Shown here piece by piece: positions 1 through 14,367 of a DNA stretch of 64,000 nt (positions are counted from its first letter, which is position 1; each line of letters begins with the position of its first letter). The position numbers and the translations under genes were made by a program. Origin of the DNA: Tubiluchus corallicola. Lineage: Eukaryota; Animalia; Priapulida. Below the pieces are notes generated by a model. That model worked only from the letters and a program-made list of their open reading frames with translations. It had not been told where the DNA came from and made no database searches. The DNA lies in the NCBI GenBank assembly GCA_030141605.1, contig JAQGDQ010000406.1:58464-122463 (forward strand), in the 5' to 3' direction.

Positions 1-184
1 TTTGCTATAGTCCTTTTACTGATTAAATTCGAAATCTAAATATTAGCTCTCAGTTATGTTTTGGTTCTGATTAAATAATTTACACATGCACAAAAGTGTT
101 TCACCAGTGACACGGATTCACGTAGCCTACACAAATAAATGATTATCCTACAAATTTGGCATATAAAAGTGACGGAAATGCTCG

Positions 185-428
185 AGAACCCTAAACACAG
201 CACTCTGATTTCCTACCGTCCTGACTTGATTATTACACGGCGTCACAGAGAACCCTAAACACAGTTGATTTCCTAACGTCCTGACTTGATTATTACACGG
301 CGTCACAGAGAACCCTAAACACAGTTGATTTCCTAACGTCCTGACTTGATTATTACACGGCGTCACAGAGAACCCTAAACACAGTTGATTTCCTAACGTC
401 CTGACTTGATTATTACACGGCGTCACAC
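185..428. repeat. Tandem minisatellite, 60-bp unit, ~4 copies
   Basis: The 60-mers starting at 241, 301 and 361 are identical (cgtcacagagaaccctaaacacagttgatttcctaacgtcctgacttgattattacacgg); the first copy is slightly diverged. Confidence 0.95.
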
Positions 429-433
429 ACGCA

Positions 434-545
<112 letters not shown>

Positions 546-724
546 TATAAAACATAGCACCGAAATTAATATATACGATTAAAACAGTCCCTTTACAAGT
601 CTGTGGCTGTAATCCGGATACATCAATAATGCCATTGTGTAAAAAGAAAAACTAGGACACGTGTTAGTACAGCCTGATTTACGGTTTTATGCGCTTCCTA
701 TTAGTTTAATGTTCAAGCATTTAT

Positions 725-1097
725 TTGTACTACACTGGGAAACAAAATTGTAATGGTGTTAACTTGCAAGTAGACTTAGTTTTGTACTCTGCTGAAAGCT
801 GGAGTAGTGCTCCTCTTACTAAACTAGAGAATTTACATAGAAAAGCATTAAAAATTGCGTTAGGTACTAATCAGAATACTATTAACAAGATGACATATAT
901 TGAAAGTGATAGCAAGCCACTTTCGGGAAAAGTTAGATCACAGCAGCTTACTTATTGGTTAAAGATCAGTAAATATTGCCGTAATAACCCTGATAGTCAT
1001 ATCAGTAGACTTTTAAACATTGCTCTTAGAGAACGCATCAAATACGTTAAACATTACGAGAACAATGAGTTTCGAACAACGAGGCTCAGACGACATA
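725..1097 (+). mobile_element. Decayed non-LTR retrotransposon (LINE) ORF2 fragment, post-RT region
   Basis: LYSAESW...KLENLHRKALKIALG...TINKMTYIES is typical of the LINE ORF2 region after the RT. Similarity stops at the Helitron-like 5' end at 1098. Confidence 0.6.
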
Positions 1098-2723
1098 TCT
1101 ATACTCTTATATTAATATTCTTGGTATATATATATATTTATTTATTTATATATAAGATTCGAGGCTACTGCCCAGACGAGGCCACCATTTGCGGCGATCT
1201 ATATATCAAACGAAAGGTCTCGATCTAGTGTCGTGCCATTGATGGTTTATTTTTCGAATTGGGCCCACCGGAAGGAAGGGGAGGCGAAAAACCGCCAAAA
1301 ATGGCCCTTTTTCGGCCGTTTTTTGCAAAAGTTAAACGGCTGAGATGTAGAGAACGGGAATGGGCCGAGGAGGGTACTGGGTATGGATAGATAGCCAGTT
1401 CAGCGGTGGGTGTAGTAGGCATATTTAGAATTCCCGAGAGGGCCAGGGCGCCCCGCAACGGGCGTTTTCCCGGACGCAACGGAAATTTTGACCAAACAGC
1501 CTGCGGGAAAAACGTTCTAGCGGCGCCCAGTGGGACTCTAGGAAGGAGATATGGGCTCATCAGAAAGAGGAAGAACGGGGCTACACGATGATGTAAGGTT
1601 ATATTTTAGGGCAGGTCCACCGAGAGGAGTATTGACGAGTTAATTAGATGTTCTATTTTTCGCAATTTTCGCTTAGAAAACTGCTGACGCAAAACCATTG
1701 TTCTGACGACATCCATTGTTCTCTGTCTATAATCTTATAGCTTTAATTCAGCAAAAAGCTGCTACAGGCAAAGTAAACAAACAGTAGGCAGGACGTTACG
1801 GGCTTTGTGTTATAAATGAGGACTAGGTAGGATGTTCGCGTATTATTGATTACACGTGGTTTTTTATGCAAAATCTTTTGCTATTTATTATATTATAGCA
1901 CATAGTTTCAACTTTGTGAAAAATGTTTGGAATGGTTTTGTTGTAATGCTGTGCTGTTGGTGCTTGTGCTATAGGTGTCGTCATCATTGCCACCACCATC
2001 ATCATCATCATCATCAACATCATGATCACCACGTGAGGTGGTGGATTTGATGTGGTGTGGTGGTGGTGTGCTTTGTGTGTTGTGCTATGGATGGTGTGGT
2101 GGGGTGATAGGGTGTGTGGGGTGTGGTGTGGGTAGTGTGGTATGGAGTGGGTGGCGTGGTGTGTGGGTGGGTGGGTGTTGTGGTGCAGTGTGGTGTTATG
2201 GTGTGGTGTGGTGCAGTGCAGTGTGATGTGGTGGAGTATTATGGTGTGGGTGGTGTGGTGTGGTGTGTGGGTGGTGCGGTGTGGTGCAGTGGTATGGTGT
2301 GGTGCAGTGGTGTGATGTGGTGGAGTCGTATGGTGTGGGTGGTGTGGTGTGGTGTGTGGGTGGTGCGGTGTGCTGCAGTGGTATGGTGTGGTGCAGTGTG
2401 GTGTGATGTGGTGGAGTGATATGGTGTGGGTGGTGTGGTGTGTAGGTGGGTGGGTGGTGTGGTGCAGTGTGGTGCTGTGCGGTGATGTGGTGGAGTATTA
2501 TGGTGTGGGTGGTGTGGTGTGGTGTGTGGGTGGTGCAGTGGTATGGTGTGGTGTGATGTGGTGGAGTGGTATGGTGTGGGTGGTGTGGTGTGTAGGTGGT
2601 ATGGTGTGGTGCGGTGCAGTGTGGTGGTATTGTGTGGTGCAGTGTGGTGCGATGAGGTGGAGTGGTGTGGTGTGGGTTGTGTGTTGATTTGTGCACAAAA
2701 TTCTTTTTGTGGGGTTTGGCTAG
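1098..2723 (+). mobile_element. Non-autonomous Helitron-like element with internal GT-rich satellite (copy 1)
   Basis: Starts A|TCTATACTCTTATATTAA and ends with hairpin cacaaaa-ttct-ttttgtg followed by ggtttggCTAG|T. Inserted between A and T with no TSD. A near-identical copy lies at ~62610-64000. Confidence 0.7.
2032..2685. repeat. GT-rich (GGTGT/GTGGT-based) complex satellite, preceded by a (CAT)n run at 1980-2030
   Basis: Recurrent ggtgtgggtggtgtggtgt / ggtgcagtgtggtgtgatgtggtggagt units. Confidence 0.9.
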
Positions 2724-4879
2724 TTCTAAATGATTATTCTTGACAATAAGCGCAGCCGTCAGCTGACAAGCACTGGTGTTAAATGCACCCTACCTTTGAA
2801 TACTAGATTTCTGAGTTGCAGTGTGCCTGTGCTAAAGTATTCCTATTATTTCAAGGATTAAGTTTGTGTTTTTGACATCAACACAAATACAAAATTAGCA
2901 CATTAAAAGAAACAAAAAGTTTCCAATAATGTTTTCAATGGTTAACAAACAATAAGATACATAATAAGAAGCAAATTTTGAAAAACAAAAATGATTAGCC
3001 ACCCGCTTAAATGATTTTTTATTTATTTATATACCATTTACTCGTATGTTGTTGCAGGGCATTAAAGAAGCCAAACTTGTAAAAATGCCCTGACTGGGAA
3101 ATTTTGAGTAATAGGCCTATATACAATTGAATAAAAAAAATGAGTGAGACTTTAATGATGATGGGTGAAAGTTGACAACATGATGAAATGAAAATAAAGA
3201 GACAATTATACAAAAATAGTAAAGTTATTGTCAATAAGAATATACATTTGTTCAAGATAATTCATCTTAGTTCATCTCAAGATAGTTCGCAGGGCTTTGC
3301 AAATTCAAACATTGCGCCTTTTCATTTCTTCATTGTATAATGTTTTTATTATCTGTTTCAATGCTTGTCATTAAGAACTATCGCCATGATATCTATGCTA
3401 TTTATGCCATTTACCAATGCTAAGAAATTCTGTTACGAATGACTATATGACAATGTAGCATATTTACAGCTTTAAAAATTTACTTTGAGTAAAAAGTAAC
3501 AAAACCTAACCTTGCTGACCATTTTCTTATGTCCATGCACTAAAGGGTTTATTCTGACTTTTAAATGTGAGATTCCTTGACAAAAAATATTGCCATGCAG
3601 TTAATAGTTGCGTACTGAGGTAACAGATGCCATTTACAGAACATCTCATGGGTATCGTATTCGTCATACTTCCTACACTCGTACCAACTCTGAATTTCGT
3701 TGCAACAAGCAATGAAAGGAAGCTCTGGAAAGTGACAAACTGGTCTACCCATAGTACGCTTAATGCACACAGCTCGTACTTATACAAAGGGTTATCTGTT
3801 TATCCTTATTTTGTATTGTGGCATTTTTACACTATGTAAAAAGGCCGTATAATAATTACTATAAAGTTATTTAGTATATATCACTATTACCAATGTGTTT
3901 AAGTACGTTCGGCTTTAAAAAGGATATTATTTTAGCAATGGTTAGTTGTCTGGCGCTCATTTTGTTTCTTGCTTGTTAAACTACATCAGTCTCTTTGTAA
4001 TTCTTTTGGGAGAGGAGTAGCTACTAGCAGTTTTTTTTTACATTTAACAAGGGTAAACAAAATAATGCTGATCATAACAATAGATTAATCGTTTCATCAG
4101 CAGATTTTATAAATATTTTTATGAATTCTCAACATGCACAATATTTTCAGATTCAGCGTAATCAAACTGATAAGCCTGGGAAGATTGCTAACTTTTAGAA
4201 AAACTGTCTGATAACTTTATAAAAGTACCGTTTCAGGATTTTCTTCTAATTCACGTGTCACTCAGTTGAGACACTCACAAAATCACAAAAATGAGCTCCA
4301 TTGACTTAAATACTGTTAGCCACAGAAGCTGAAACACTAAGTAAATGATTTAATGAGGAAAAAATGAAAGGAAAGAAAAACATTAAACATCGTAATATCT
4401 GAAGTACCAAGCGCTTCAGTGTACAACGCACTACAACTCACCTAAATTAAGAAACAAATAACTGGTTTATCAGTTGAACAAACCAAATATTATCACAAAA
4501 TAATAAATGTTATAACATGAAAATTAAGTAAGTAAACCAACGAATCAAACGTTACAATACATAAAAAGTCTACAGCCAACAAATAAGCAGCTACACTCAG
4601 ACACGATGCTGGAATCTACAGGTTTATAAAGAACTAGCTGATCAAACAAGAAATCATGTTATAAATGTAAGACGTGTGCAGCAGTCACGGAGCAAAGTAC
4701 AATGTGATATCACTTAATGCTGATATATAATAATGCTCTACATCAAATGTTATTACAGCTTACTCTTCGTAATGAATAACCAGTATTTCTATCAACAAAC
4801 TTTTGTAAATGTATCAACAACAGAAAATACAAATTACACATATTTCTGCATAAGCTTTAGGCCCCATAATATAAACAAG

Positions 4880-5945
4880 CAGATAAATCGTCACTCTACA
4901 GAAACGGACCTTACTAAAATTCAGTCAGATATTTTGTTAAAAATTGACAATCAACACATTGTTTTGCTTGACTAAGTGCTGCTTTTCACACTGTAAATCA
5001 TTCAATTTTGTTGAAAGCTTTGAATAAGAAGTTTGGTATAAACAGCAATGTTTTGGCATGGTTCCATGCAGATTACAAAAAATTCAGATTAATGATATCT
5101 TTTCTGATACCACTCAATTGGACTATGGTGCTATCTAAAGTTTGTGTCTCGGACTTTTACACTTCACAGTCTACAGTCTACATGAACTCCTTATTCAGAA
5201 TGATAAATGAACATCTTCCTGATATGCATGCCTTTGCAGATGACTGTCAGTTATACTTATTCATTTGTCAATCTACTAACATGTCTGACAGGGATGGTCT
5301 GATTACTATGCCAAAATTGTACTGAAGACGTTAGAAAGTGGATGTGTACCTTTCAGTTAAAAATCAACGATGCTACAGTGGAATTTATCTTAATTGGCTT
5401 TAAACATCAGCTTTCAAAGATTGATGTTTTCTGCATAATCAAGTCTTCAAAATATGTCAAACTGATTTAGTTTGTATCAACTTGACAACATAAGGCAATT
5501 GCATAAATGTCTAAAGCAATCTGCTACAAAATGTCATTTAGTCCAGTCATTGATAACCAGCAGAATCAACTACTATAATAGCTTATTGATAAATGTTCCT
5601 AAATGTAAACTCCCACGACTTCAGTATTTACAATAAGCAGCTAGGTTTATTACCCTTACATTTAAGTTTCAACATATTACACCCATTGGCTACTGACTGA
5701 ACTGCATATTAAATTTGAGATACTATTACTTGTATTTATGGCAAGACACCAGATTACATCTGTGACATGATTTGTCCTACAAATTCAAACCGTTATAGTC
5801 TTATACATTTGCTTACACTTCCTTGAGTACGTTGTTCGTGATAGGTCATTTGAGGTTGCAGGACCAACTCTATGGAACAGCTTACATTAGGACACTTCTG
5901 AACACTTAAAAAACAGGTTATAATGTACTTATTTAAAATCTTTAA
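4880..5945 (+). mobile_element. Decayed LINE (L2/CR1 group) RT and C-terminal fragment
   Basis: HSTETDLTKIQSDILLKID..VLLD(L)SAAF.TVNHSILL, HAFADDCQLY (YADD-like motif), and downstream HITP and RSFEVAGP.LWNSL. Many frameshifts. Confidence 0.85.
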
Positions 5946-6614
5946 TTAATTCATGTTTGTTTGATCAATTTATTTGTCGTGATATACTTGTATTTTATGA
6001 AACTGTACATTTTTATATTTTTAATTAAACTGTAATTTGTAAGCTTTCTGTTTAATCTGTGTTTTTAATTCTTGTCATGATGATTTTTGACATTTTGAGA
6101 ACTGTCTTTGAATATGCAACCATTTTACTGTTGCACAGATTTAGACGCTATATGAAATAAATATTATTATTATAAATAATGTTCATGGGCTACAAACCGG
6201 GTTGTAAGTAAACAAAATACTAACGTGCACTGAAGATTATACAAGCAAGGCAGTTATATCTAATGTACTATATCCAACCATGCTATACAATTAGGTACAT
6301 CAACCTATTTCCAATAATTGAATCCTTAATTCTTGGAATGCATTTGCTCTCTAAGTTGAAATTTTGTATTTTACATCAACTAGTCAGAATGATTAAGCTT
6401 GTGCACTTTCTTCTGGTTAAAATTGGGGAAGCAGTAAGAACAAATTTATCACACTCTAGTGCATGGATATGTTGCAATTATTAATATTAGGCAATTTTTA
6501 TACTATAAAATCAATCATTTCTAGACATAATACAACTAAGAAAAAAACGAGCACTCTGGTTATTTGAATATCATGCATAACACTGCACACAAACGTAAAA
6601 GTGATTAGACTTAC

Positions 6615-7920
6615 AGGAACAATATCAGGGTTCTTCATAAGTTGATCTCTTGCATCCTTTGTATTCATGTACAATGGAGAAGCTACTTTGGATCTTTGAA
6701 TTCCTGATTTCTCGGCAGATCTGATAAGTTTGGCAACAACTGTCTTTGTACTATGAGGTTTACTGTCTGTTTGGGATTTTCTAGGCGGAGTAGCTGCCTT
6801 GCTTCCACAAGAAAGATCATGAAAATCATGGATGTTTGTAAGACCTGGTACACCTGCTTGAGTTATGCCACCAAAATTACTTTTAGTCACTGATAATTCC
6901 ATTGGTGGAGGTATGTCATTATCTACTTTTTCAGATATGTCTTCAGCTGAAATTCCATTTTTGTGCTGAGCAGTCACCATAGTCCCGCAATCACTCCTTA
7001 TTAACTCACCATCTAGCGTTTGCAGCTTATCAGACTGATTTGAAGCTCCTTTCGCAGTCATTATTGCTGACAGAACTTTGTCTTCACATGCAGTAGTTTG
7101 TTTCTCAGTGAGCAATGTGGATCCTTTATCAGAAACTAAAACGACAGGCTTTTTAACACTAATGGTGGTTGCTGCTGGCTTCGATTCAGCCTCAAAAATT
7201 GGTGATAAAGTTCTGTTTTTTGCAAATGAATTTTTTCTTGTTGACACAGATACATTTTCTTCAGGCAAAAATGTTACTTCATGTTCCTGGGGCACTGGAG
7301 CATGTGGACGAGCACCTCGATATGGTCTCGTAATAGTCGAAACATTATCATATAATGACGGTACCTGATTTTCTATTTTGTTAGGGGTATCGCTATTAAG
7401 CAAGTTTTGGGGGCGGATGATGTCTGCTCGCATGTGCATATTCATGTTTTCAAAGTCGTGGCTCTTCACTTTACCCAAAATTTGGTCCTCTCGTTCATCA
7501 AGTTGAGTTTCATTTGTTAATTTTTGCACAGAAGATACATGTTTAATGTTTTCATACACAGGTGAAGCACAGCAATCTTCTGAAGTGGATTCACACTCAG
7601 ACAGTGCTGCTTCTGACTCAGATAACGAATTTATGTCATCAGCAATCATTGTTTCAATTTCACCAAATAATGTTGCTAAGTCAGATGCACTACCTTCTGG
7701 ATCTGCACTTACATTTTGGTTTGATTGAGACTGAAACTGCTCTGGAGTTTGACCGGTTGTATCTACTACAGCTAATGTTCCTAGATTTCTTTGCAATTTG
7801 GTATTATTAGGTAACAATTGTTTTAGGTTTTCTGCCGACGCTGATAACGTCACTCTCTGCATCGACAAACTGGGTTGATTTGTAAGTTTGTTGGAAGCAG
7901 ACATCTTAGCTGACTCAAGT
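6615..7920 (-). CDS. Large coding exon of an unidentified host gene (Ser/Thr/Asn-rich, likely disordered; possible signalling adaptor)
   Basis: 468-codon ORF in AT-rich DNA. Donor CCT|gtaagt at 6614; candidate acceptor ctgtttag|A at 7921; in-frame stop further upstream. Contains YENI, YDNV and YMNT motifs. No recognisable folded domain. Confidence 0.7.
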
Positions 7921-8099
7921 CTAAACAGCCGTGATATTGGTTAATGCGATACGTATCTTGAACTGCACTATCGTTTCTAAAAACTCAACACAAAACATGT
8001 CTATTTCTCATTTTTATAAAAATTATATAGGATGATACATAACCTTTTGCTGGGGAGAACAAAAACAATGAAAACAATTTATTATACCAAAGTAGTGCT

Positions 8100-9000
8100 G
8101 AAATACAAGCAAATCTATCTTTCATACACTGAAAATTCAGCATGGAAGTCCCGCACGCCTTTAGTTTTGAGGGGTATGATCGATACAATGATTCAAAGAA
8201 CTCGAGATCCTCCAACACACCTTGCAGATATCTCACAAGCTTCTCTGTTTAATACGTAAATTATTGTTTTTTATGATCTGAGCGTCTCATCTGTATTTCA
8301 GCATAGCTCCAGTGTGTTTGGTGGAGTCGAGGCCAGGCGAATTTCCATCCTATTCAGGTCAACCAAAAAACTAATCTCTGAGTTTTTGGGTCACTGCCCT
8401 GATCATACCCTCAAGATATGGATTTCCATATACCAGGCAATGGAAAATGTGCCATGTTTCCACGCTAAATCTGATACCTTCAAGTAATAAATTGCCCTGT
8501 TCTGTTCTGTACTGTTGTTTTTGTCCAAGCAAAAGATTATACACGACCCTGTACAGTTTACATGTACACACATAGGAAACAATTTTTTCTGAACACAATT
8601 TTAAGTAATGTGATGAATCTTTTACGAATTTTGGGTAGTTAGTTGTTCATTGCTATGTTCAATGATATAGCAGGAAAAATCCGTTATGACAAAAACTGAT
8701 CTTGTCTGATATGTTTACAAAAATCCCTTATCTGATGATGGAATAAAATCACATTTGTTAAATTTTGAACGAGCTCGTTCAAAATAAAGAAACCAGGCAC
8801 CCGAATTTTTCACATTTCATTTCTTAACAGCAAGTTTGGTATCATAACTCAACAACTGTGGGTTTATTCCGTCATTATTCATAATCTTGAAATTTAGATA
8901 ATGGGTCTAATAATTATACACGTGATTGAAGTTTCTCCTACAAATCCAACACCAATATTTTCTTATCAATATCCCAATACTGCCTTTTACAAGGTCTCCA
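8100..9000 (-). mobile_element. Tc1/mariner-like transposase relic
   Basis: Fragments GNSPGLDSTKHTGAMLK (resembles the Tc1 WPxNSPDLNPxE motif) and C-terminal FFESLYRSYPSKLKA. Heavily decayed; boundaries approximate. Confidence 0.45.
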
Positions 9001-10797
9001 AACAACTGTGATCACTCTAATAAGGTAAGTTCCTTAGCTCTAGTCTACAGTATACACAAACGGTAATATCAAAGTTGGCTTCTACTGCACGGGAAGGGAA
9101 CAGATGTTAAGTTATAAACACAGAGACCTTGTTTACAGCACAGTCTGTAAAAATCACAACACGTGTAAGAAATCCCTTAAAGACGGGTGAAACCAGCTAG
9201 CTATAAACCGCATAACAATGAATCACCAACAAGCACCAGGCTATAATATCTTTAATCAAAATACATGGTCGTAAGTACAACGGAATATGTAATAATATTG
9301 GATAAACTGTTGTGTACACTTCAACTGTGTTTCAAAATTTTTTTATTGCTGGATACATTGTTTCTGAACAACGTAACTATTAGCAGATTTATGCTGACAA
9401 AGTAAAGTGCTGAAAGCCTTGTACACATAACCAAATGACAAAATGCACATAGATATAAATGTCTGCAAAAGGAGGTTAACCATCAACTTCATTAGGCTAA
9501 ATGAAAAAGGGATTTAGAATACTCGTATATCGTTTCGGATTCAGTAAAGATGTTTTCAAAACTTGCCAGGCTGATTACTTTTTGTTTATTATCAAGTTAA
9601 GATTCTCAAAAACGAATTATACAAGTTTATTGCAAGTTGCAATTTTTTGTCATAATTTATGGCATTTATTTCACTTAAAATCAAGCACCAGCAGAAGCCA
9701 GTTGGTGAACACAGTTTGCAGTTAACATTTTTATTAGGATATTTTATGTACCTGGTGAGTGATGAATATAAATTTATTTTATTTTCACACGCATGATTAA
9801 AACAACTTTTTAAATTCTTTTGCCTTTAAAGTCAACGCAAGCAATCGACAGGCAAAAGAAACTGCAAACGCTTTCCAATATCAAGCACGAGTGTTAATTT
9901 ATGTGATAAAATACAAAAAAGTACAGCCCAAGACAAAGTACCCCTAATCTAGATAAAAATGACAGTTACAACAATACAGTTATCTTGACTTGACAGTTTG
10001 GAACTGTTATCATTAAACCTACTGACGTCGACTCTAATTAATAAATTGCACAAACTAGTAAAAGTTGATTTTTCAGTCAACGTTTCACAAAAACCTGACG
10101 ACAATAGAATTAGAAAATGAACATGAACGACAAGTTTAGCCAATCAGCAAACTGCTGCTAGTACCAAGATATTGAAATGTAGCGTCCGTAGATATATTAA
10201 ATTTTCATGTAAATTAATCACACAACAAATACTGTGCACACCACTTAACAAAAATAAAGTTGAAGTGTAAACAGAGGTTGAAATTACAGAATATCACACT
10301 AACTAAATCACTCGTATTCATCATACCACGAAACATAAACCAACATAGATGCATCCAGTAACGACGACTTTTCCCCACTGTCAGCAGCAAGAAAAGCCCA
10401 AGTCCTGCACAACCCAAGAGATATTTATAGAAGGATCAATCATTTAAGTAAGAAACACATGCGGTAGAGACCAACGCAAGCTCTGCTCCAAATTTTCAAG
10501 CACATCTTATGCGGCATAAACTATAAACGTGTCTCAAAATAATTTCAATACGTTTTCAAATTCTTTATACTGCAACAAACGAAGCACAAAAAATAAAACT
10601 GAATAAGATACAAAAAATACAAATGGAACTGCTTGCTCTATAATAAATAAAATTCAAATGGTGAAATTGTTCCCAATTCTTAGGCTTACGAATACACTAG
10701 AAAGGGCAAACAGTATACAATAATTTTTATTGAATTATTCAAAAACAGTAATCAATTTTAAAAAACAATTATGCTGGTCTGAATTATGCTGGTCTTA

Positions 10798-11048
10798 AAC
10801 TTATATGGACACTGAACTACGTCTTTATGTTGACGACTCTGCAAATTACAAGTGTATCTCCATTAGTGCCTGCCTACTTGCCTAGGCAAATTATTTTGCA
10901 AAATTTTGTGTGCAATAAGGCCCCGCATAGATTTACACAAAATTTAGCAAAATAATTTACCTAGGCAAGTACGCAGGCACCAATGGAGAGACACCTCTAA
11001 CTTGCAGAATTGTCAGCATAATCACATAGTGGAAGTGTGCATGGAAGT
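10798..11048. repeat. Long imperfect palindrome (foldback MITE-like), centre ~10923
   Basis: tctccattagtgcctgcctacttgcctaggcaaattattttgcaaaattttgtg is the near reverse complement of cacaaaatttagcaaaataatttacctaggcaagtacgcaggcaccaatggaga. Confidence 0.85.
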
Positions 11049-12648
11049 GTAATGCAGAGCTGCCTAAGACCCCGCGCAGACGTGCAATTTTCATCCAACG
11101 TTTTCATCCCACAGATCTGAAATCTGGTATCACGAGTAGATATCCTTGGCTCAAGGCAAAAAGAAATTGTCACAATTCGTTAATCAATGTGAGATGTTCA
11201 ATTAATTCTAAATTGATCCAATTCCAAAAGCATTCCAATTGAGCTGAAATTTGCTACGATGATTAGTTAAGATGTCATCGGCCAAAAACCAAAAATTTGC
11301 AGCAATTTGTTAAACAGTAAATTAATTAAAGTCTTTTAATTAATTAATTTTAATTGATTTAAGTTGCATTACTGAATGGCTCAAGCTATGTTAAAATTTG
11401 GTAGGACGATTAGCGAGAATATCGTTGGTTCAAAAAAAAATTGTAGGAGTTCATTAATTACTTATTTGGTTAGAGCTGTTTAATTAATTATAACTTGATT
11501 TATATTACAATAAGGTTGAAATAAAAGATCACGAATAGTAGAAGTGCACCAAATAGTAGAATGTGACCAAAAATCTTTTGTAAAGCCTCAGTCCTTTGAC
11601 ATCCTTTAGCCAGTTGTCATGCATTATAGTCTAACATTGATGCTTCATTATAAATTCAGTCAGGAATTTTACTAATTATTAAAGGTGAGACTTATTAAAA
11701 TTTAATCTAAAAATTACAACAATTAAGTTATTAAAATTTAAAATTGGTGAATTATTTTGCTTTTTCTGTACACAATGAGATGCTTTAAAATGTACTATAA
11801 CGATTTACTATATACAGCTGTATGATGCATGACAAACATATTTACAAACTTTTGATTTACTTAAAAACTATATTACCTTAATGTTTTTAAATTAAAGTCT
11901 AATTAAATTCAGAAAACAGAAAGTAAGTATATTTTTGTCTACAGTCTCAAAATTTGGAGAAAATGTCTATAAATGATATTTATCTTGCCTGTCAAGACTT
12001 AAAAGTATATTTCATATACATTTAAACAAACAAAAGTATTCAATTGCTTGTAAAATGTACTGTGTTTATAAGTATAGTAAAGGTACACACGCATGTGCAC
12101 TTACGTGTTGATGCTAAATCTCGAGATCCAAGCAATGCTCACCCGAGCTTTTTCATACTGTTTTGATTGAAGTGAAAATGGCCATTATATATTCGTTTTT
12201 CAAAAAAATTATGTTCGAGATGCATAATCGACTTTTTCATGCTTAGGTGTTGTTTCAATGGGCAGATTCTTTGAGTGACATGTCAGTATTGACAACAATA
12301 CTGCATTTTAACTAGATGAATATGCTTTTAATGATAAATTTCATAGGTCAGACTGAATGACTGAAATAAGAGAAAGACAGGCAGACACAGAAAGAAAGAA
12401 AGGGCGAATGGAAGAGAGGGGAGAATGTGTGTATGAGGGCATGAGAATGTAATTGAATGACCATGCCTGAGTGAGAGAGAAGGCGATGACGGAACGGCTG
12501 AAAGAGAGGAAGCAGGTAATGGCTCCCTCGGTATTGTTAGTATATATATATATATATATATATAATGACTGCTGTGCTCTGCATTTTATGGTCATAAACA
12601 AGACAAATCAGGTGAGATCTTATAGTGCAGCAACAAAACTAACACTAC

Positions 12649-12787
12649 CTCTTCTTTAACTGTTCTGAGAATGTAAGCTGCTCCTTCACCAGACTTCAGG
12701 TCAGCTGAAGCTTGTCGAAAAGCTTGCATGAGCGTAGGCTCTTCTAAATAAACATCGTGTCCTGATGGCATAGCTCATATCTTGCTT
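12649..12787 (-). CDS. Candidate exon with ATG at 12771 (MPSGHDVYLEEPTLMQAFRQASADLKSGEGAAYILRTVKEE)
   Basis: Acceptor cttgttttcag| at 12788, 41 open codons, donor GAG|gtagtg (weak); GC-richer than its flanks. Confidence 0.4.
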
Positions 12788-14367
12788 CTGAAAACAAGAG
12801 ATATTCAAAAATAAAAAATCACACATTCTGAGCTATGTGAAAATTCTTATCATTAATTTTTACGGTTATACATATCTTATTTTATCTCATTATATTTCAT
12901 TATAAGTCATATATATTATCTTATTATTATTATTAGTATTTTGTATAACTTGACATCTTATAGCACTGCTTCTCATAAACAAAAATACAACAGATCATGT
13001 GATTCATGCCTTATTTGTGGAATTTCTTAGAAAATGTTTTCAAAACAGGCTGGACTATTTAATATATATAGAAAAACAAGTAAAAAAGACTAAACTGAAA
13101 ACCTAATTGCTCCACAATGATCACTGAACCGTCTTTTATAATGCATAATAAATTACCAAATTACATTTTTCAATTGCTATTATGAATGCCTCAGTTATCT
13201 CATGTAAAGTCTCTTAATTTTTTCCACAACACCTTTATTTATTGTACCAGTATTTTGTGTATATTCAATACAGTTGAAAGATAAAAATCAAATTAATTTA
13301 AACCAGTTTTTTAATCAAAATTTTTCATTTATTTATTTTTTGAATAATACCAATTTTCCTTTTTACAATTTGACGCCAATTTGCAATACAAAAAAATCAT
13401 TCAGGGTAACAATGCTATACATTTAGACATGAGTTTTTTCTAACCCTAATTCCTTCCTAAAGGTACCCCTCTAGAGGCAGTCTAAAATTTTGAGTATGAT
13501 ACGCTTACACCATTTTTATGGGTTTTGTGCCATACAGGTACTGCAGCACAGAGTTACCATAATTTTTTGCATTGATTATAACCAGTATAAGTATTTTTTG
13601 TATGATCGTCACTTATGCAATGCATGTGCAAATAAATTGAATTGGAAACCAAATTACAAGTTAGTTTTACAAATTACGAATTACAATTAAATCACACATT
13701 TATACATCTACAAACCATCTAACACACAAAATAATGCTGTCCCCAAAACAAGAAATAATGATCGACTGCTGCGCTCTGACACTAAGTTACAATTACCAAA
13801 GCTACTCTGTAAAATATCTGTAAAAGACAATAGGTTCTACAATTTAGCGCCTTCCGATAAACATTCACAAATAATGCTTATGTTGGTAATAAATGGTCGT
13901 AAGCATCGTACCACAAAACGTAATGGTGAATTGCTGCTATTATTGACCGTCTACTGTTGACGTTGGCGTGACTAATCAATGCTCAGGTGGTGCCACCTTT
14001 CGTGCGGCATCTCAATATCAAGCATTATCACATTTCGTAGTAATCTCTTATTCTGTAGTACGATCTCACCGACTGAGCTGAGATCCCAGTATCAGTCATC
14101 ACTTAATACCCTTTTCGTAGCATGCTCGATTGAATTTCAATGTAATTCAAAAAGGGGTCAAATCTCCGAATAGGACTGTTCATAATCTGCTTCTGACAGA
14201 ACATCAGAAACAAAATACTACATTTTTTTCATTCACTTATAGTGACGCCAATCACACAGTGCATGTAGGGGCATACGTACATGATAGCATATAACAATAT
14301 AGCAATACTTGTTTAAAAAAAGGACTGAGTACTGAATGTGCTGCTTCATTGGTATATTATTTCTGAT

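Noticed and set aside
185-428. CRISPR-like regular repeat
   Set aside because: The units are identical end to end with no unique spacers, there are no cas genes, and the context is eukaryotic.
1850-2743. Cys/Val/Trp/Gly-rich and His/Thr/Pro-rich ORFs (also at 63299-63999)
   Set aside because: Stop-free frames produced by the GT satellite and the (CAT)n run; open in several frames at once.
3511-4330. Possible downstream exons of the minus-strand gene (e.g. ISHLKVRINPLVHGHKKMVSK|gttagg)
   Set aside because: Weak splice sites, phase not consistent with the large exon, and no recognisable domain.
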